32,000 bases of DNA, taken from an uncultured Muribaculaceae bacterium (GTDB taxonomy: Bacteria > Pseudomonadota > Alphaproteobacteria > Rs-D84). The translations under genes were made by a program, and so were the position numbers. The DNA is taken from positions 481,101 to 513,100 of the forward strand of contig OZ246409.1 in NCBI GenBank assembly GCA_965231035.1, read 5' to 3'. This document shows positions 1-9,240 of the stretch, piece after piece. The number at the start of each line of letters is the position of its first letter. The stretch's first letter is position 1. Below the pieces are notes generated by a model. That model was not told where the DNA came from and searched no databases. It was given only the letters and a program-made list of their open reading frames with translations.

Positions 1-1589
1 TTGATTCTGCTTATATAACTGGAAATTTTGGAAACTCTAATTTTGAGATGATTGCAAAAAGTACCGTATGGAATGGTGATCATAAAATTACAGAATCAGA
101 TGTAAGATATCAAATAAGTCAAATTACCCCAAATGCAGAATTTTATCCAATGCACATTGTACCGCTACGTTATGATACTTCGCATGCCAGAAATTTATTA
201 ACCCCTATTGGACATACAGACAAACAATTAATTTCTATTTTTGGGGTAGTAAGTTATGAAAATGAAAGACTGAACACAATATTATCCCAGCTTCGCAGTG
301 CACATATCCAAGTCGAAAATATGTTTGATCCATCTTTTATATTGGATACTGCATTGCGCGATTCAAAACAATCTGTTTTGTTTATGGATATGGGCGCAGA
401 ATTCACCAGTATTTCAATCTGGACTGGACGTGGACCGGTATTTTTCGAAAAGATTCCCAAGGGTCAGGATTTTATAACAAAAACAATTGCCAGTGAATTA
501 AATATAAAGATAAAAGATGCCGTTAAAATCAAACACCAGGTTGCCAGCGTAATTGCTAGTGAAATGGACAGATTTACCCCTGCTGATACTTTGTATGATT
601 TTTCGCGTGCTGATTTGAATGAAATAATACTTCCGACATTATCAGATATTGTTGAAACAGTCAGCGAATCTTTGGAAACAGCTATTTCAAAATATAACCC
701 TTGTAAAATATTCCTTTCTGGCGGTGGTGCATGTATCCAAGGAATCGAAGAAATGGTCACAGATACATTTGGAATAGAAACACAAAATATTGGATCAGAT
801 GCGGTTATACGTGCACTTTCGGATTATGTTTGGAAACAAGAATCTGGACATGTAAAAGCTTTCTTGGACCGACATGAAAAATGGCAGAACACTTTTGCAA
901 AGGTATTAAATAAATTCAAAAAGAATAAAAACAAAGGAACCAGATTTATTCCAATAATGCCCAGCACATTGGCGTTTGATATGAAAAGCAAAGAAACTTA
1001 TGAACTTTTCAAATCTGGCGGAATTTCAATGATTCATGTTGATATTATGGATGGTTTTTTTGTGGATCGTATTGCCGGTGGAATTGAAGAATTGAAAACC
1101 ATACGTGAAAACACTCACTCTCATCTGCATGTTCATTTGATGACGGAAAGCCCTGCTGCTTGGGCGGCTGCGGCTGCAAATGCAGGTGCAGATACAATAA
1201 TTGTATCAACAAATACTGCGGGTGTTCGTGCTGCACTTCGTCAAATAAAAGAAATGGGCAAAAGATCTGGAATTGCACTAAATCCGGAAAGTCCTGTTGA
1301 AATATTAAAACCAATATTAAAAGAAATTGATGAAGTTTTGATAATGTCTGTCAGACCTGGTGCAGGCGGACAAGAATTTAATGAAAATATTCTAAGAAAA
1401 ATCTCTGTTTTGGCAAACACCAGAAAACGGTTTGGATTAAAATTCAAAATATCCGTAGACGGTGGAATTACACCTGGTGCAGCTGAATTTTGCTGGCGCG
1501 CTGGTGCAGACTTTTTGGTCAGTGGAACATACCTATCTGAAAGTCATGATTTCCCGTTGGCAGTACAAAGTCTTTTACACAAAGAATAA
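1..1589 (+). CDS. 5'-truncated FtsA-like actin-fold cell-division ATPase running in frame into a complete ribulose-phosphate 3-epimerase (Rpe) module
   Basis: The frame is open from nt 3, so the 5' end lies outside the window. N-part: FtsA/actin-fold motifs LFMDMGAEFTSISIW and IFLSGGGACIQGIEEM, then an amphipathic tail WQNTFAKVLNKFKK. C-part from ATG 957: Rpe motifs IHVDIMDG, HVHLM, MSVRPGAGGQEF, SVDGG. There is no stop codon between the modules. Confidence 0.75.
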   Translation, partial: DSAYITGNFGNSNFEMIAKSTVWNGDHKITESDVRYQISQITPNAEFYPMHIVPLRYDTSHARNLLTPIGHTDKQLISIFGVVSYENERLNTILSQLRSAHIQVENMFDPSFILDTALRDSKQSVLFMDMGAEFTSISIWTGRGPVFFEKIPKGQDFITKTIASELNIKIKDAVKIKHQVASVIASEMDRFTPADTLYDFSRADLNEIILPTLSDIVETVSESLETAISKYNPCKIFLSGGGACIQGIEEMVTDTFGIETQNIGSDAVIRALSDYVWKQESGHVKAFLDRHEKWQNTFAKVLNKFKKNKNKGTRFIPIMPSTLAFDMKSKETYELFKSGGISMIHVDIMDGFFVDRIAGGIEELKTIRENTHSHLHVHLMTESPAAWAAAAANAGADTIIVSTNTAGVRAALRQIKEMGKRSGIALNPESPVEILKPILKEIDEVLIMSVRPGAGGQEFNENILRKISVLANTRKRFGLKFKISVDGGITPGAAEFCWRAGADFLVSGTYLSESHDFPLAVQSLLHKE

Positions 1590-1591
1590 AT

Positions 1592-1987
1592 CTATTTTAT
1601 TATAATTTTTCTGCCGTCACCAAATTCTTCTATGAAAATATGAATTGTGTTTTTTGGTAACTTATCTTCTGCTATTTCTGGCCATTCAATTAATGTAATA
1701 TCATTTTCAATTGCATACATCAGACCAATCTCTTCCAGTTCTGATGGATCATTTATTCGATATAAATCAAAGTGCGATATTCCATCGTAATTTTGCACCA
1801 GAGTAAATGTAGGACTGGGGACTATTGTATCAGACCCACGTAAAGTTTGAATTATTGTGCGTGCAATTTCAGATTTTCCCATACCAAGGTTTCCATGCAA
1901 TGCGACAGTTTGTGGCGCATGCAAGGTTTTTGCAAAATCATGTGCCCAATTTCTTGTTTCATCAATGTTTTTTAAAATCTTTTCCAT
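1592..1987 (-). CDS. tsaE: tRNA t6A37 biosynthesis ATPase TsaE (YjeE family)
   Basis: 131 aa. P-loop GNLGMGKS plus PSPTFTL and HFDLYRI motifs. Starts 3 nt after the uvrB stop on the same strand. Confidence 0.85.
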   Translation of the reverse strand: MEKILKNIDETRNWAHDFAKTLHAPQTVALHGNLGMGKSEIARTIIQTLRGSDTIVPSPTFTLVQNYDGISHFDLYRINDPSELEEIGLMYAIENDITLIEWPEIAEDKLPKNTIHIFIEEFGDGRKIIIK

Positions 1988-1990
1988 TTA

Positions 1991-3991
1991 TTACCCCAAT
2001 AACAATAAATCGTCTTCCATTTGATGTATTTTGTCGCGAAGTATACCAGCCTCTTCAAATTCCAAATTCTCGGCATGCTTGTACATTTGCTTTTTGTTTT
2101 TTTCTATCTCGCGGCGCAAAGTTTCCGCATCCATAACACCACCATCTTTACTGTACACGAATTTATTTTTCTTGTCAGTTTTTTCTTCGCGTTCTTTGAC
2201 TTCTGCAAATATAGCCTTTTGAACAGATTTTGGTGTTATTTTGTGTTCAAGATTATATTTTTCTTGTTTTTCGCGTCTGCGTTCTGTTTCATCCATTGCA
2301 GCACGCATAGATTCAGTTATTCTATCGGCGTATAGAATTACGCGACCATTTGCATTTCGTGCGGCGCGGCCAATTGTTTGAATCAAAGAACGTGTAGAAC
2401 GCAGAAAGCCTTCCTTGTCCGCATCCATTATCGCAACCAGTTCACATTCTGGTACATCTAAACCTTCACGTAATAAATTAATTCCAACCAATACATCATA
2501 TTTACCCATACGCAATTCGCGTAACAATTCAATACGCTCTAATGTTTCAATATCACTGTGCAGATATTTTGCATGAACACCGTTTTCTGTTAAATAATCT
2601 GTCAGCTGTTCTGCCATCTTTTTGGTCAATGTTGTTATCAGAACACGACTTGGCACAACCTTTTTAACTTCTTCTAACAAATCATCAACCTGGTGTTCTG
2701 TTGGGCGAACTTGGACAATCGGATCCAACAAACCTGTTGGGCGAATAACCTGCTCTGCGACAATACCATTTGATTGTTCCAATTCCCAATCTGCTGGTGT
2801 TGCAGACACAAATACAGTCTGAGGACGCAAAAAATTCCATTCTTCAAAAGTCAGTGGTCTGTTATCAATACACGAAGGTAATCTGAATCCATAATTAGAA
2901 AGCGTTTCTTTGCGTACACGATCGCCACGCGCCATAGCACCAATTTGTGGAACACTGACGTGGCTTTCGTCCACAAACAAAATAGCATCACTTGGCAAAT
3001 ATTCAAATAATGTTGGTGGCGGTTCACCAGGTGCGCGTCCTGATAAATACCTGGAATAATTTTCAATACCGCGACATGTGCCTGTAGCCTCCATCATTTC
3101 AATATCAAATCCAACACGTTCGCGCAGTCTTTGTTCCTCGACATATTTCATATTTTCGTGAAAATATTCCAAACGTTCTTTTAAATCTTGTTTTATCTGA
3201 CCGATTGCCTGTAATACCGTTGGCATTGGTGTTGCATAGTGTGTATTTGGATAAACAGTTACCGTATCCATCTGTTTAACCTTGGCACCGGTTAACGTAT
3301 CAAATTCCCAAATTTCTTCAATCTCGTCCCCAAAAAAAGAAAGCTTCCATGCACGATCTTGGGAGTGAGATGGAAATATATCCAAAGTATCCCCACGAAC
3401 ACGAAATTCACCACGTGAAAAACCAATATCGTTTCTTTTATATTGAACATCAACCAGGCTGCGCATAACATCCTTGGAACTGATTTTTTCATTTACATTA
3501 AAAACTATTTTCATCCCTGCATATTTTTCTGGTGATCCTATACCATAAATAGATGAAACAGATGATACGATTACAACATCGTGTTCTTCTAATAATGCGC
3601 GTGTTGCAGAATGTCGCATACGATCCAGTTGTTCGTTTATGGAAGCATCCTTGTCAATATATGTATCTGTGGTTGGGATATAAGCCTCAGGTTGATAATA
3701 ATCATAATAAGAAACAAAATATTCAACATGATTGTTTGGGAAAAATCCCTTCATTTCAGTATAAAGCTGTGCTGCCAGAATCTTGTTTGGTGCCATAATT
3801 AACGCAGGTCTTCCTATATTCGCAATAACATTTGCCATGGTAAAGGTTTTACCCGATCCAGTCACCCCTAATAAAACTTGGGATTTTTTACCAGATTTTA
3901 CACCATTTGTCAGATCGGCGATTGCGGTTGGTTGATCACCCATTGGTTTATAATCACTTTGAAGATCAAATATTTTTTTATTCACAAACAT
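1991..3991 (-). CDS. uvrB: excinuclease ABC subunit B
   Basis: 666 aa. Walker [10 protein letters not shown], helicase motif FVDESH, C-terminal UVR motif ([13 protein letters not shown]). Confidence 0.97.
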   Translation of the reverse strand: MFVNKKIFDLQSDYKPMGDQPTAIADLTNGVKSGKKSQVLLGVTGSGKTFTMANVIANIGRPALIMAPNKILAAQLYTEMKGFFPNNHVEYFVSYYDYYQPEAYIPTTDTYIDKDASINEQLDRMRHSATRALLEEHDVVIVSSVSSIYGIGSPEKYAGMKIVFNVNEKISSKDVMRSLVDVQYKRNDIGFSRGEFRVRGDTLDIFPSHSQDRAWKLSFFGDEIEEIWEFDTLTGAKVKQMDTVTVYPNTHYATPMPTVLQAIGQIKQDLKERLEYFHENMKYVEEQRLRERVGFDIEMMEATGTCRGIENYSRYLSGRAPGEPPPTLFEYLPSDAILFVDESHVSVPQIGAMARGDRVRKETLSNYGFRLPSCIDNRPLTFEEWNFLRPQTVFVSATPADWELEQSNGIVAEQVIRPTGLLDPIVQVRPTEHQVDDLLEEVKKVVPSRVLITTLTKKMAEQLTDYLTENGVHAKYLHSDIETLERIELLRELRMGKYDVLVGINLLREGLDVPECELVAIMDADKEGFLRSTRSLIQTIGRAARNANGRVILYADRITESMRAAMDETERRREKQEKYNLEHKITPKSVQKAIFAEVKEREEKTDKKNKFVYSKDGGVMDAETLRREIEKNKKQMYKHAENLEFEEAGILRDKIHQMEDDLLLLG

Positions 3992-4010
3992 AAATATAAA
4001 GCATTATAAT
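3981..4010 (+). promoter_or_regulatory. sigma70-like promoter for the AsmA-family gene
   Basis: TTCACA (3981-3986), 18-nt spacer, TATAAT (4005-4010). Lies 26 nt upstream of the TTG start, which has an AAGAGAG SD. Confidence 0.4.
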
Positions 4011-4035
4011 CAAATTACAAGCAAAGAGAGAATTT

Positions 4036-6519
4036 TTGAAAAAACTAAAACCACGTCATAAACGCCGGCTTTTTTGGGTTATTTTATCGGCATTCGCGGC
4101 AATGCTGGTTGCCATTATTGTTGTTCCACCATTTATAAAATTGAATGGTATTAAACCAGACCTGGAACATGCGATTTCTATACAAACAGGAATAGAAACA
4201 AAAATAGATGGAAATATAAATTTCAGCCTGCTTGGCAGATTAAACATTGTTGCGCATGATGTATTGTTACCAAGTGGTAAAATTGAATCTTTACAATTTG
4301 CGGTTCCTTTATCAAAAATCTTTAATCCTGCATCAGCAGAAATTTCAGGCAAGGTTTTTATATACGGTGCGAATTTACAAATAGATACTCTGACCCCACC
4401 ACGCATAAATAACAAACTGGAAATCAGAAATTCTGTAATATCATTTATGGGCAAAGATTATGAAATAGTCCAAGGACAACTGTCCAATGGTATGCTGAAT
4501 GGCACAGTAAGAACCGACCAGCATAAATATGACTTTGATTCAAATGGTGACGAATTTCATATACAAAACAAAAACAATGACTTGAATATTTCTGGACATT
4601 TATATTCGGACGGAACCGCAACTGGAACATTATCTATTGATACAAATGATGCGAACAAGTTTTTTGACTTTACAGAACCCAAGATTCATAAAAATGTGAA
4701 ATTAACTACGGATTTTACATGGAATGGAAAACATGGAATAAAGTTTGCAAACATCCGCGGTGGTGATTTTACTGGGGAAATAGAACTGTTTGAAGACGGT
4801 CATCGTGAAATAACATTAATGTCTGATGATATAAAATTTGATATATCGTTTTTAATGCGCCCTACTTCGGTATTTTTCAACACCAAGTTTAATATTAATC
4901 TAAGTGGCAGTTTGAAACTGGAAAACAAAATATTTAAACATATAAAAATAGATGCGGTTGGCGAAAAATCCAGAATAAAGATAAATCAAATTGTGGCTGA
5001 TGACATTATAATAAATGGTGGCGAAATAAATGTTAATGGTGCTGAAAATTTGGGGTTAAATTTAAAACTTTATGGCGAAGATGCTTATTGTTTGTTTTCA
5101 GGAACACCTGATGATTGGAATTGTTCAGAATTAAAACAAGGCGAGTTCTATGGCAAAGCCAGCAGCAACAAAAATAGATTTGAACTGTATGTAAAATCCG
5201 ATAAAAATATGCCTGCAAAGGCTATTCTGCTTAAAAAACTTGGATTTCTGGGAAAAAATGGTTATGTTAATTTTAAATTTGCAGATGCAGCTGGAGAAAT
5301 CGATTTAAAAAATTCCATAATCAATCCACACTATGAATTTGTTAAAAACAAGACATTATCTTGGTTGGGGGTAAAGCTGTTCTTTTTACCAGATTATATG
5401 AATACATTGCCTGGTGATTTTAGTTGGTCAAAGAATGATATATTTTTTGAAACTTATTCCAAAAATATTAAATTTGTAATTGGTTCTGACTATTTTGTAA
5501 TAACCGGTAAAGATATCAAAGATTGGTTTCCAAATTCAGATTTAAAATTCTTGAATGACAATATGGCTTATTCGATTTCTGGAAACTATAAGAATTCCAG
5601 TATTTCAAATCTTGAACTTAAAATCGCAGGACACGTTTTCAAAGGAACCGTCGTAGGAAATAATATAACATTAAAAACAGATTTGTTAAATATTGATACT
5701 TTTACCAATCAAAAATTTATTGATAACTTTGATGAAAATCAATTTTTAACTGCTGAACCATTGATGATTCCTTTTGATTTTGGGGTAAATGTTTCGTTTG
5801 CCTCTGACATGATTATATATAATGGAAACCAGTTTACTAATTTTGTGTATTCATTAAAATCAGGTTCATCCCAAGATTTTTCTATAACAGACAGTATGCA
5901 TGGAAATTTATTGGCTGATATTACAAAGTACAAGAATAAATATAACATCACATTACAGCTGAATAAATTTGATATTCCAGAAAGATTGTTTTCATCCACA
6001 ATGCCTGTAAACCTTGAAAACACAACTGTTACAGCCCAGGCTGATTTGACCACAAATGGTAAAATTGCCTATGACATTTGGAATAACCTGTCCGGAAATA
6101 TTGACATGTCTTTCGAAGGTGGAAATATTATCGGTCTGGGGGTTGATGGTTTTTATGCAAATGCAGAAAAAATAACAACTCTGAATGCCGAAGAAATATT
6201 GTCCAATGCCTTGGAAGACGGTAAATCAAAAATCAAAAAAATCCGAGTCACAGGAAAATATAATCACGGTAATTTTACCAGCACACAGCCTTTTGCACTT
6301 TCATTGTACAGGGCAGATTCTATGGGTCGAGTAAATATTGAAAATGGCAAAATGCATATAAAAATGAATTTGATTTTGCGTGGAACATCACCTTCGCCTG
6401 ACCAGATAAATTTGGAAATTATGCCTGATGGAAAACGTGTTTATTCACTGTCTGAAATTATGAAAAACTTTGATCCAGATTTCTTGCGTGAATTTTCAAA
6501 AACACATGAAAAGTTTTAA
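4036..6519 (+). CDS. AsmA-family outer-membrane biogenesis / lipid transport protein
   Basis: 827 aa with a TTG start. Basic N-terminus plus a single TM anchor (LFWVILSAFAAMLVAIIVVPPF), then a long beta-rich body. The C-terminal segment LSGNIDMSFEGGNIIGLGVDG resembles the AsmA-like C-terminal region. Confidence 0.6.
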   Translation: MKKLKPRHKRRLFWVILSAFAAMLVAIIVVPPFIKLNGIKPDLEHAISIQTGIETKIDGNINFSLLGRLNIVAHDVLLPSGKIESLQFAVPLSKIFNPASAEISGKVFIYGANLQIDTLTPPRINNKLEIRNSVISFMGKDYEIVQGQLSNGMLNGTVRTDQHKYDFDSNGDEFHIQNKNNDLNISGHLYSDGTATGTLSIDTNDANKFFDFTEPKIHKNVKLTTDFTWNGKHGIKFANIRGGDFTGEIELFEDGHREITLMSDDIKFDISFLMRPTSVFFNTKFNINLSGSLKLENKIFKHIKIDAVGEKSRIKINQIVADDIIINGGEINVNGAENLGLNLKLYGEDAYCLFSGTPDDWNCSELKQGEFYGKASSNKNRFELYVKSDKNMPAKAILLKKLGFLGKNGYVNFKFADAAGEIDLKNSIINPHYEFVKNKTLSWLGVKLFFLPDYMNTLPGDFSWSKNDIFFETYSKNIKFVIGSDYFVITGKDIKDWFPNSDLKFLNDNMAYSISGNYKNSSISNLELKIAGHVFKGTVVGNNITLKTDLLNIDTFTNQKFIDNFDENQFLTAEPLMIPFDFGVNVSFASDMIIYNGNQFTNFVYSLKSGSSQDFSITDSMHGNLLADITKYKNKYNITLQLNKFDIPERLFSSTMPVNLENTTVTAQADLTTNGKIAYDIWNNLSGNIDMSFEGGNIIGLGVDGFYANAEKITTLNAEEILSNALEDGKSKIKKIRVTGKYNHGNFTSTQPFALSLYRADSMGRVNIENGKMHIKMNLILRGTSPSPDQINLEIMPDGKRVYSLSEIMKNFDPDFLREFSKTHEKF

Positions 6520-6869
6520 ATCACACGAATAAAGTTTCTGCAACATATAGGATCACCAAAAGCATTTAAATGATATTTTTTACCATTTCTGCGAACCAAA
6601 CAACATCCTTCGGTGTAAACATGTATGCCACGTTGATTATAAATTAGAATCCTGTCTGCACCTATTAAATCAGCACGTCTGCCACGAATAATTTTTACAA
6701 ATAAATCATAAAAACCTGATGGTTCGTCATTTTGATACGGGGCATATAATATTCCACCTTTCTTTACCAATCCACCCATATCATACTTATAGAAATTATG
6801 TTCCAGCACACAAACCTGGTAATAAGTCAGGTTTAAACGTTGCGATAAATCTGCAATTTGATTTCTCAC
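6516..6869 (-). CDS. hypothetical protein, Cys-rich C-terminus, no family recognised
   Basis: 117 aa, GTG start preceded by an AAAGAGAAAA purine tract. The C-terminal half contains GCC and ICC doublets. Its stop overlaps the convergent AsmA-family stop by 4 nt. Lies between the aspS terminator and the asmA-family gene. Confidence 0.45.
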   Translation of the reverse strand: MRNQIADLSQRLNLTYYQVCVLEHNFYKYDMGGLVKKGGILYAPYQNDEPSGFYDLFVKIIRGRRADLIGADRILIYNQRGIHVYTEGCCLVRRNGKKYHLNAFGDPICCRNFIRVI

Positions 6870-6936
6870 TCTGTTTTCTCTTTGATGTAAATTATATCGA
6901 AAAAACAGGTTGATATTTATAGGCTTGTATTCTTAC

Positions 6937-6964
6937 TAAAAAACCGCCATACAGGCGGTTTTTC
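6937..6964 (-). terminator. Rho-independent terminator after aspS (symmetric, could work in both directions)
   Basis: CCGCC (6944-6948) / ATACA loop / GGCGG (6954-6958). Flanked by an A-run on one side and a T-run on the other. Immediately downstream of the aspS stop. Confidence 0.7.
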
Positions 6965-8719
6965 TTAGTTCTTTTTTCTGACTTGGATATGAACCTCGCG
7001 CAGTTGTTTTTCTGTAACTTCGCGTGGGGCACCCAACATCAAATCTTGGCCACGTTGATTAGTTGGGAACAATACAACCTCGCGCAGATTTTCTGCCCCA
7101 GACAGCAACATTACCAATCTGTCGATTCCAAATGCACATCCGCCATGTGGTGGTGCACCATACTGGAACGCAGCATACATTCCGCCAAACTTTTCTTTGA
7201 CCACATCTTCGCCATATCCTGCAATTGCAAAAGCTTTTACCATTGTTTCAGGATTATAGTTGCGAAGACCACCACTGCATATTTCATTTCCATTCAAAAC
7301 CATATCAAATTGATTTGCTTTGATTGTCAATGGGTCGCCATCTAATGAACCCTTGGGCAAGCTGAATGGGTTATGTCCAAAATCAATTGTGCCGGTCTCT
7401 TCATTTAATTCGTACATTGGGAAATCTTCGACCCAACATAATCTGAATTCCTTTGGATCAATCAGATTCAAATCTTCACCCAACTTGTTACGCAATTTTC
7501 CTGCTGCTTTGGCTGCGATTTCAGCTTTGTCACATACAAAGAACAAAGATGCATTGTCACCTGCAATTTTGCGCAATTTTGCAATACGATCTGCATCTAA
7601 TTTCTTTGCGACTGGACCTTTGGCCTCTTCTGCAAAAATTATATATCCTAATCCGCCAAGTCCCAGCTCTTTGGTTGCAAACTCACCCAGCTTGTCAAAC
7701 CAAGAACGTGGCTGTGAAGCAGAATTTGGTGCAGGGATTGCGCGAACAACACTGCCACCTGCAACTGCATCAGCAAAGATTCCAAAATCAGACCCACGGA
7801 ATATTTCAGTAACATCAGAAATTTCAATCGGGTTACGCAAATCTGGTTTATCAGACCCATATTTCAACATTGCAGTATCAAATGGTATATGTGGTATTTC
7901 AGAACCGATTTTAGCGTCTGGGGCAAACTTTCTTATCATTTCAGGTATAATTTCATCACCAACAGCCTGGATATCGCGCAGATCAACAAATGACATTTCC
8001 AAATCCAATTGATAAAATTCCAATAATCTGTCTGCACGCAAATCTTCATCACGGAAACATGGCGCAATCTGAAAATAGCGATCAAATCCAGAAATCTGAA
8101 TCAACTGTTTGAACTGCTGTGGGGCCTGAGGTAACGCATAGAACATCCCATGATGATAACGGCTGGGGACGATATAATCGCGTGCACCTTCTGGGCTGCT
8201 GACGGTCAAAATAGGCGTTTGGAATTCTGAAAATCCCATATCCCACATTTTATCACGCAAGAATTTTATAACACTGTTACGGAACAATATATTTTTATGT
8301 AGTGATTCACGACGCAAATCAATATAACGGTATTTCAAACGCAAGTCTTCGCTGACACTGCCATCGTCACCAAATACTTGGAAAGGCAAAACATCTGAAT
8401 TGGTTAAAATTTCCCATGCGCTTGATTGGACTTCAATACTGCCGGTTGGAATTTTATCATTCACTGCTGATTTTTCGCGGGCTACAACCGTTCCAGTAAC
8501 CATAATTACAGATTCAGGACGCAATTTTTCCAAATTCGCATCGCCACCATTAAATACAATTTGTGTAATTCCATAGTTATCACGCAGGTCAATAAACAAC
8601 AAAGACCCATGGTCGCGTTTACGATGAACCCAACCTGATAAAACAACTGTTTCACCAACATTTTTTGTGTTCAGTTCACCACAAGTATGTGTACGATATT
8701 TAGATTTTAATGATAGCAT
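6965..8719 (-). CDS. aspS: aspartate--tRNA ligase (bacterial type)
   Basis: 584 aa. N-terminal OB fold (LSGWVHRKRDHGSLLFIDLRD), class II motif 2 FRDEDLRADR, motif 3 GGCAFGIDRL. Confidence 0.97.
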   Translation of the reverse strand: MLSLKSKYRTHTCGELNTKNVGETVVLSGWVHRKRDHGSLLFIDLRDNYGITQIVFNGGDANLEKLRPESVIMVTGTVVAREKSAVNDKIPTGSIEVQSSAWEILTNSDVLPFQVFGDDGSVSEDLRLKYRYIDLRRESLHKNILFRNSVIKFLRDKMWDMGFSEFQTPILTVSSPEGARDYIVPSRYHHGMFYALPQAPQQFKQLIQISGFDRYFQIAPCFRDEDLRADRLLEFYQLDLEMSFVDLRDIQAVGDEIIPEMIRKFAPDAKIGSEIPHIPFDTAMLKYGSDKPDLRNPIEISDVTEIFRGSDFGIFADAVAGGSVVRAIPAPNSASQPRSWFDKLGEFATKELGLGGLGYIIFAEEAKGPVAKKLDADRIAKLRKIAGDNASLFFVCDKAEIAAKAAGKLRNKLGEDLNLIDPKEFRLCWVEDFPMYELNEETGTIDFGHNPFSLPKGSLDGDPLTIKANQFDMVLNGNEICSGGLRNYNPETMVKAFAIAGYGEDVVKEKFGGMYAAFQYGAPPHGGCAFGIDRLVMLLSGAENLREVVLFPTNQRGQDLMLGAPREVTEKQLREVHIQVRKKN

Positions 8720-8765
8720 TTTGACACCCTTTTTTATTCATGATTCTGATTTCATATTTATGAAA

Positions 8766-8865
8766 CCACAGGGGCGGTAATCAACCGCGGTGCCACCCTG
8801 GCTTGTAACTTTATTTAAGTTTTCTGTTCTGCTCGCCGGTCGTTAATCGGGTCAACGCTGAACAC
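8766..8865 (-). other. GC-rich structured element in the tRNA-Thr to aspS spacer (leader, processing element or small RNA of unknown class)
   Basis: About 100 nt, clearly more GC-rich than the flanking AT-rich spacer. On the minus-strand RNA there are two predicted helices. First: UGUUCAGC...GCAGAACA. Second: CAGGG-[bulge]-GCGGU-UGAUU-ACCGC-CCCUG. No terminator separates it from tRNA-Thr upstream or aspS downstream. Confidence 0.3.
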
Positions 8866-8911
8866 ATTTGGATTTTACATCTATTTTTGTTAAATTCAAG
8901 GGATTATTTAA

Positions 8912-8985
8912 TGGTGCCCGCAGCAAGAATCGGACTTGCGCCTCGTCCTTACCAAGGACGTGTTCTACCACTATACTATGCGGGC
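8912..8985 (-). tRNA. tRNA-Thr (anticodon GGU), CCA encoded
   Basis: Cloverleaf: acceptor GCCCGCA/TGCGGGC, anticodon arm CGTCC-TTGGTAA-GGACG, T arm GCAAG-TCCGATT-CTTGC. The T-loop is non-canonical (TCC instead of TTC) and the D stem has an A-A mismatch. Confidence 0.85.
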
Positions 8986-8995
8986 AATGGAAATG

Positions 8996-9023
8996 ATTAT
9001 ACATTCAGATTACTAAAAATCAA
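8996..9023 (-). promoter_or_regulatory. sigma70-like promoter for tRNA-Thr
   Basis: On the minus strand: TTGATT (9023-9018), 16-nt spacer, TATAAT (9001-8996). It ends 10 nt before the mature tRNA 5' end. Confidence 0.5.
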
Positions 9024-9040
9024 TTGTTTTGTGAAAATTC

Positions 9041-9067
9041 AAAAAATAAAACCAGGATAAACCTGGT
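9041..9067 (-). terminator. Rho-independent terminator after tRNA(CAU)
   Basis: On the minus strand: ACCAGG-TTTAT-CCTGGT hairpin followed by TTTTATTTTTT. Confidence 0.6.
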
Positions 9068-9074
9068 TAAAATC

Positions 9075-9149
9075 TGGTAGCGGGTGAGGGATTTGAACCC
9101 CCGACCAAAGGATTATGATTCCTGTGCTCTACCACTGAGCTAACCCGCC
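9075..9149 (-). tRNA. tRNA with CAU anticodon (elongator Met or lysidine-type Ile2; not initiator), CCA encoded
   Basis: GGCGGGTTAGCTCAGTGGTAGAGCACAGGAATCATAATCCTTTGGTCGGGGGTTCAAATCCCTCACCCGCTACCA. Positions 1 and 72 pair (G-U) and the T-loop is canonical. The body (TTAGCTCAGTGGT, TTGGTC variable loop) resembles ileX-type tRNAs. Confidence 0.9.
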
Positions 9150-9159
9150 AACAGGGCGC

Positions 9160-9187
9160 ATTATAACATTCAAAAATTAAAAATCAA
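9160..9187 (-). promoter_or_regulatory. sigma70-like promoter with extended -10 for tRNA(CAU)
   Basis: On the minus strand: TTGATT (9187-9182), 16-nt spacer, TGTTATAAT (9168-9160). Lies 10 nt upstream of the tRNA 5' end. Confidence 0.5.
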
Positions 9188-9204
9188 TTATGAATTTATA
9201 CTAT

Positions 9205-9233
9205 TTGTTTTGTTATCTAAAAAAAGATATAAT
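9205..9233 (+). promoter_or_regulatory. candidate promoter for the PagL-like gene (would give a leaderless or near-leaderless mRNA)
   Basis: TTGTTT (9205-9210), 17-nt spacer, TATAAT (9228-9233). Only 7 nt (TACCCAT, no SD) separate the -10 from ATG 9241. Confidence 0.35.
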
Positions 9234-9240
9234 TACCCAT

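Noticed and set aside
6516-6869. 117-aa protein as an L,D-transpeptidase/Tlde1-like enzyme or a cytidine-deaminase-like enzyme, based on IHVYTEGCC and PICC.
   Set aside because: The spacing does not fit the YkuD motif (H-x13-17-S/T-x-G-C) or the CDA motif (H/C-x-E ... PCxxC). No assignment was made.
6983-8012. Long ORFs antisense to aspS (120 aa, 230 aa, 119 aa). Similar shadow ORFs lie opposite gyrB (12773-13093, 13613-13933), the PilO-like gene (19068-19436), ychF (27532-27864), topA and uvrB.
   Set aside because: They lie entirely inside strongly supported genes on the other strand. They have low-complexity or Ser/Pro/Leu-rich composition typical of antisense frames, and no SD or promoter.
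8766-8865. GC-rich element interpreted as SRP (4.5S) RNA, a tmRNA piece or a degenerate tRNA.
   Set aside because: On either strand it lacks the helix-8 core (GGAA tetraloop flanked by AGCA/GGA), a T-arm GGTTCGAAT-type sequence, and an acceptor/CCA structure. It is kept only as an unclassified structured element.
9190-9240. N-terminal extension of the PagL-like ORF (ORF-track start at 9190).
   Set aside because: The extension overlaps the -35 of the divergent tRNA promoter and precedes a perfect signal peptide that starts at ATG 9241. A candidate promoter lies inside the extension.
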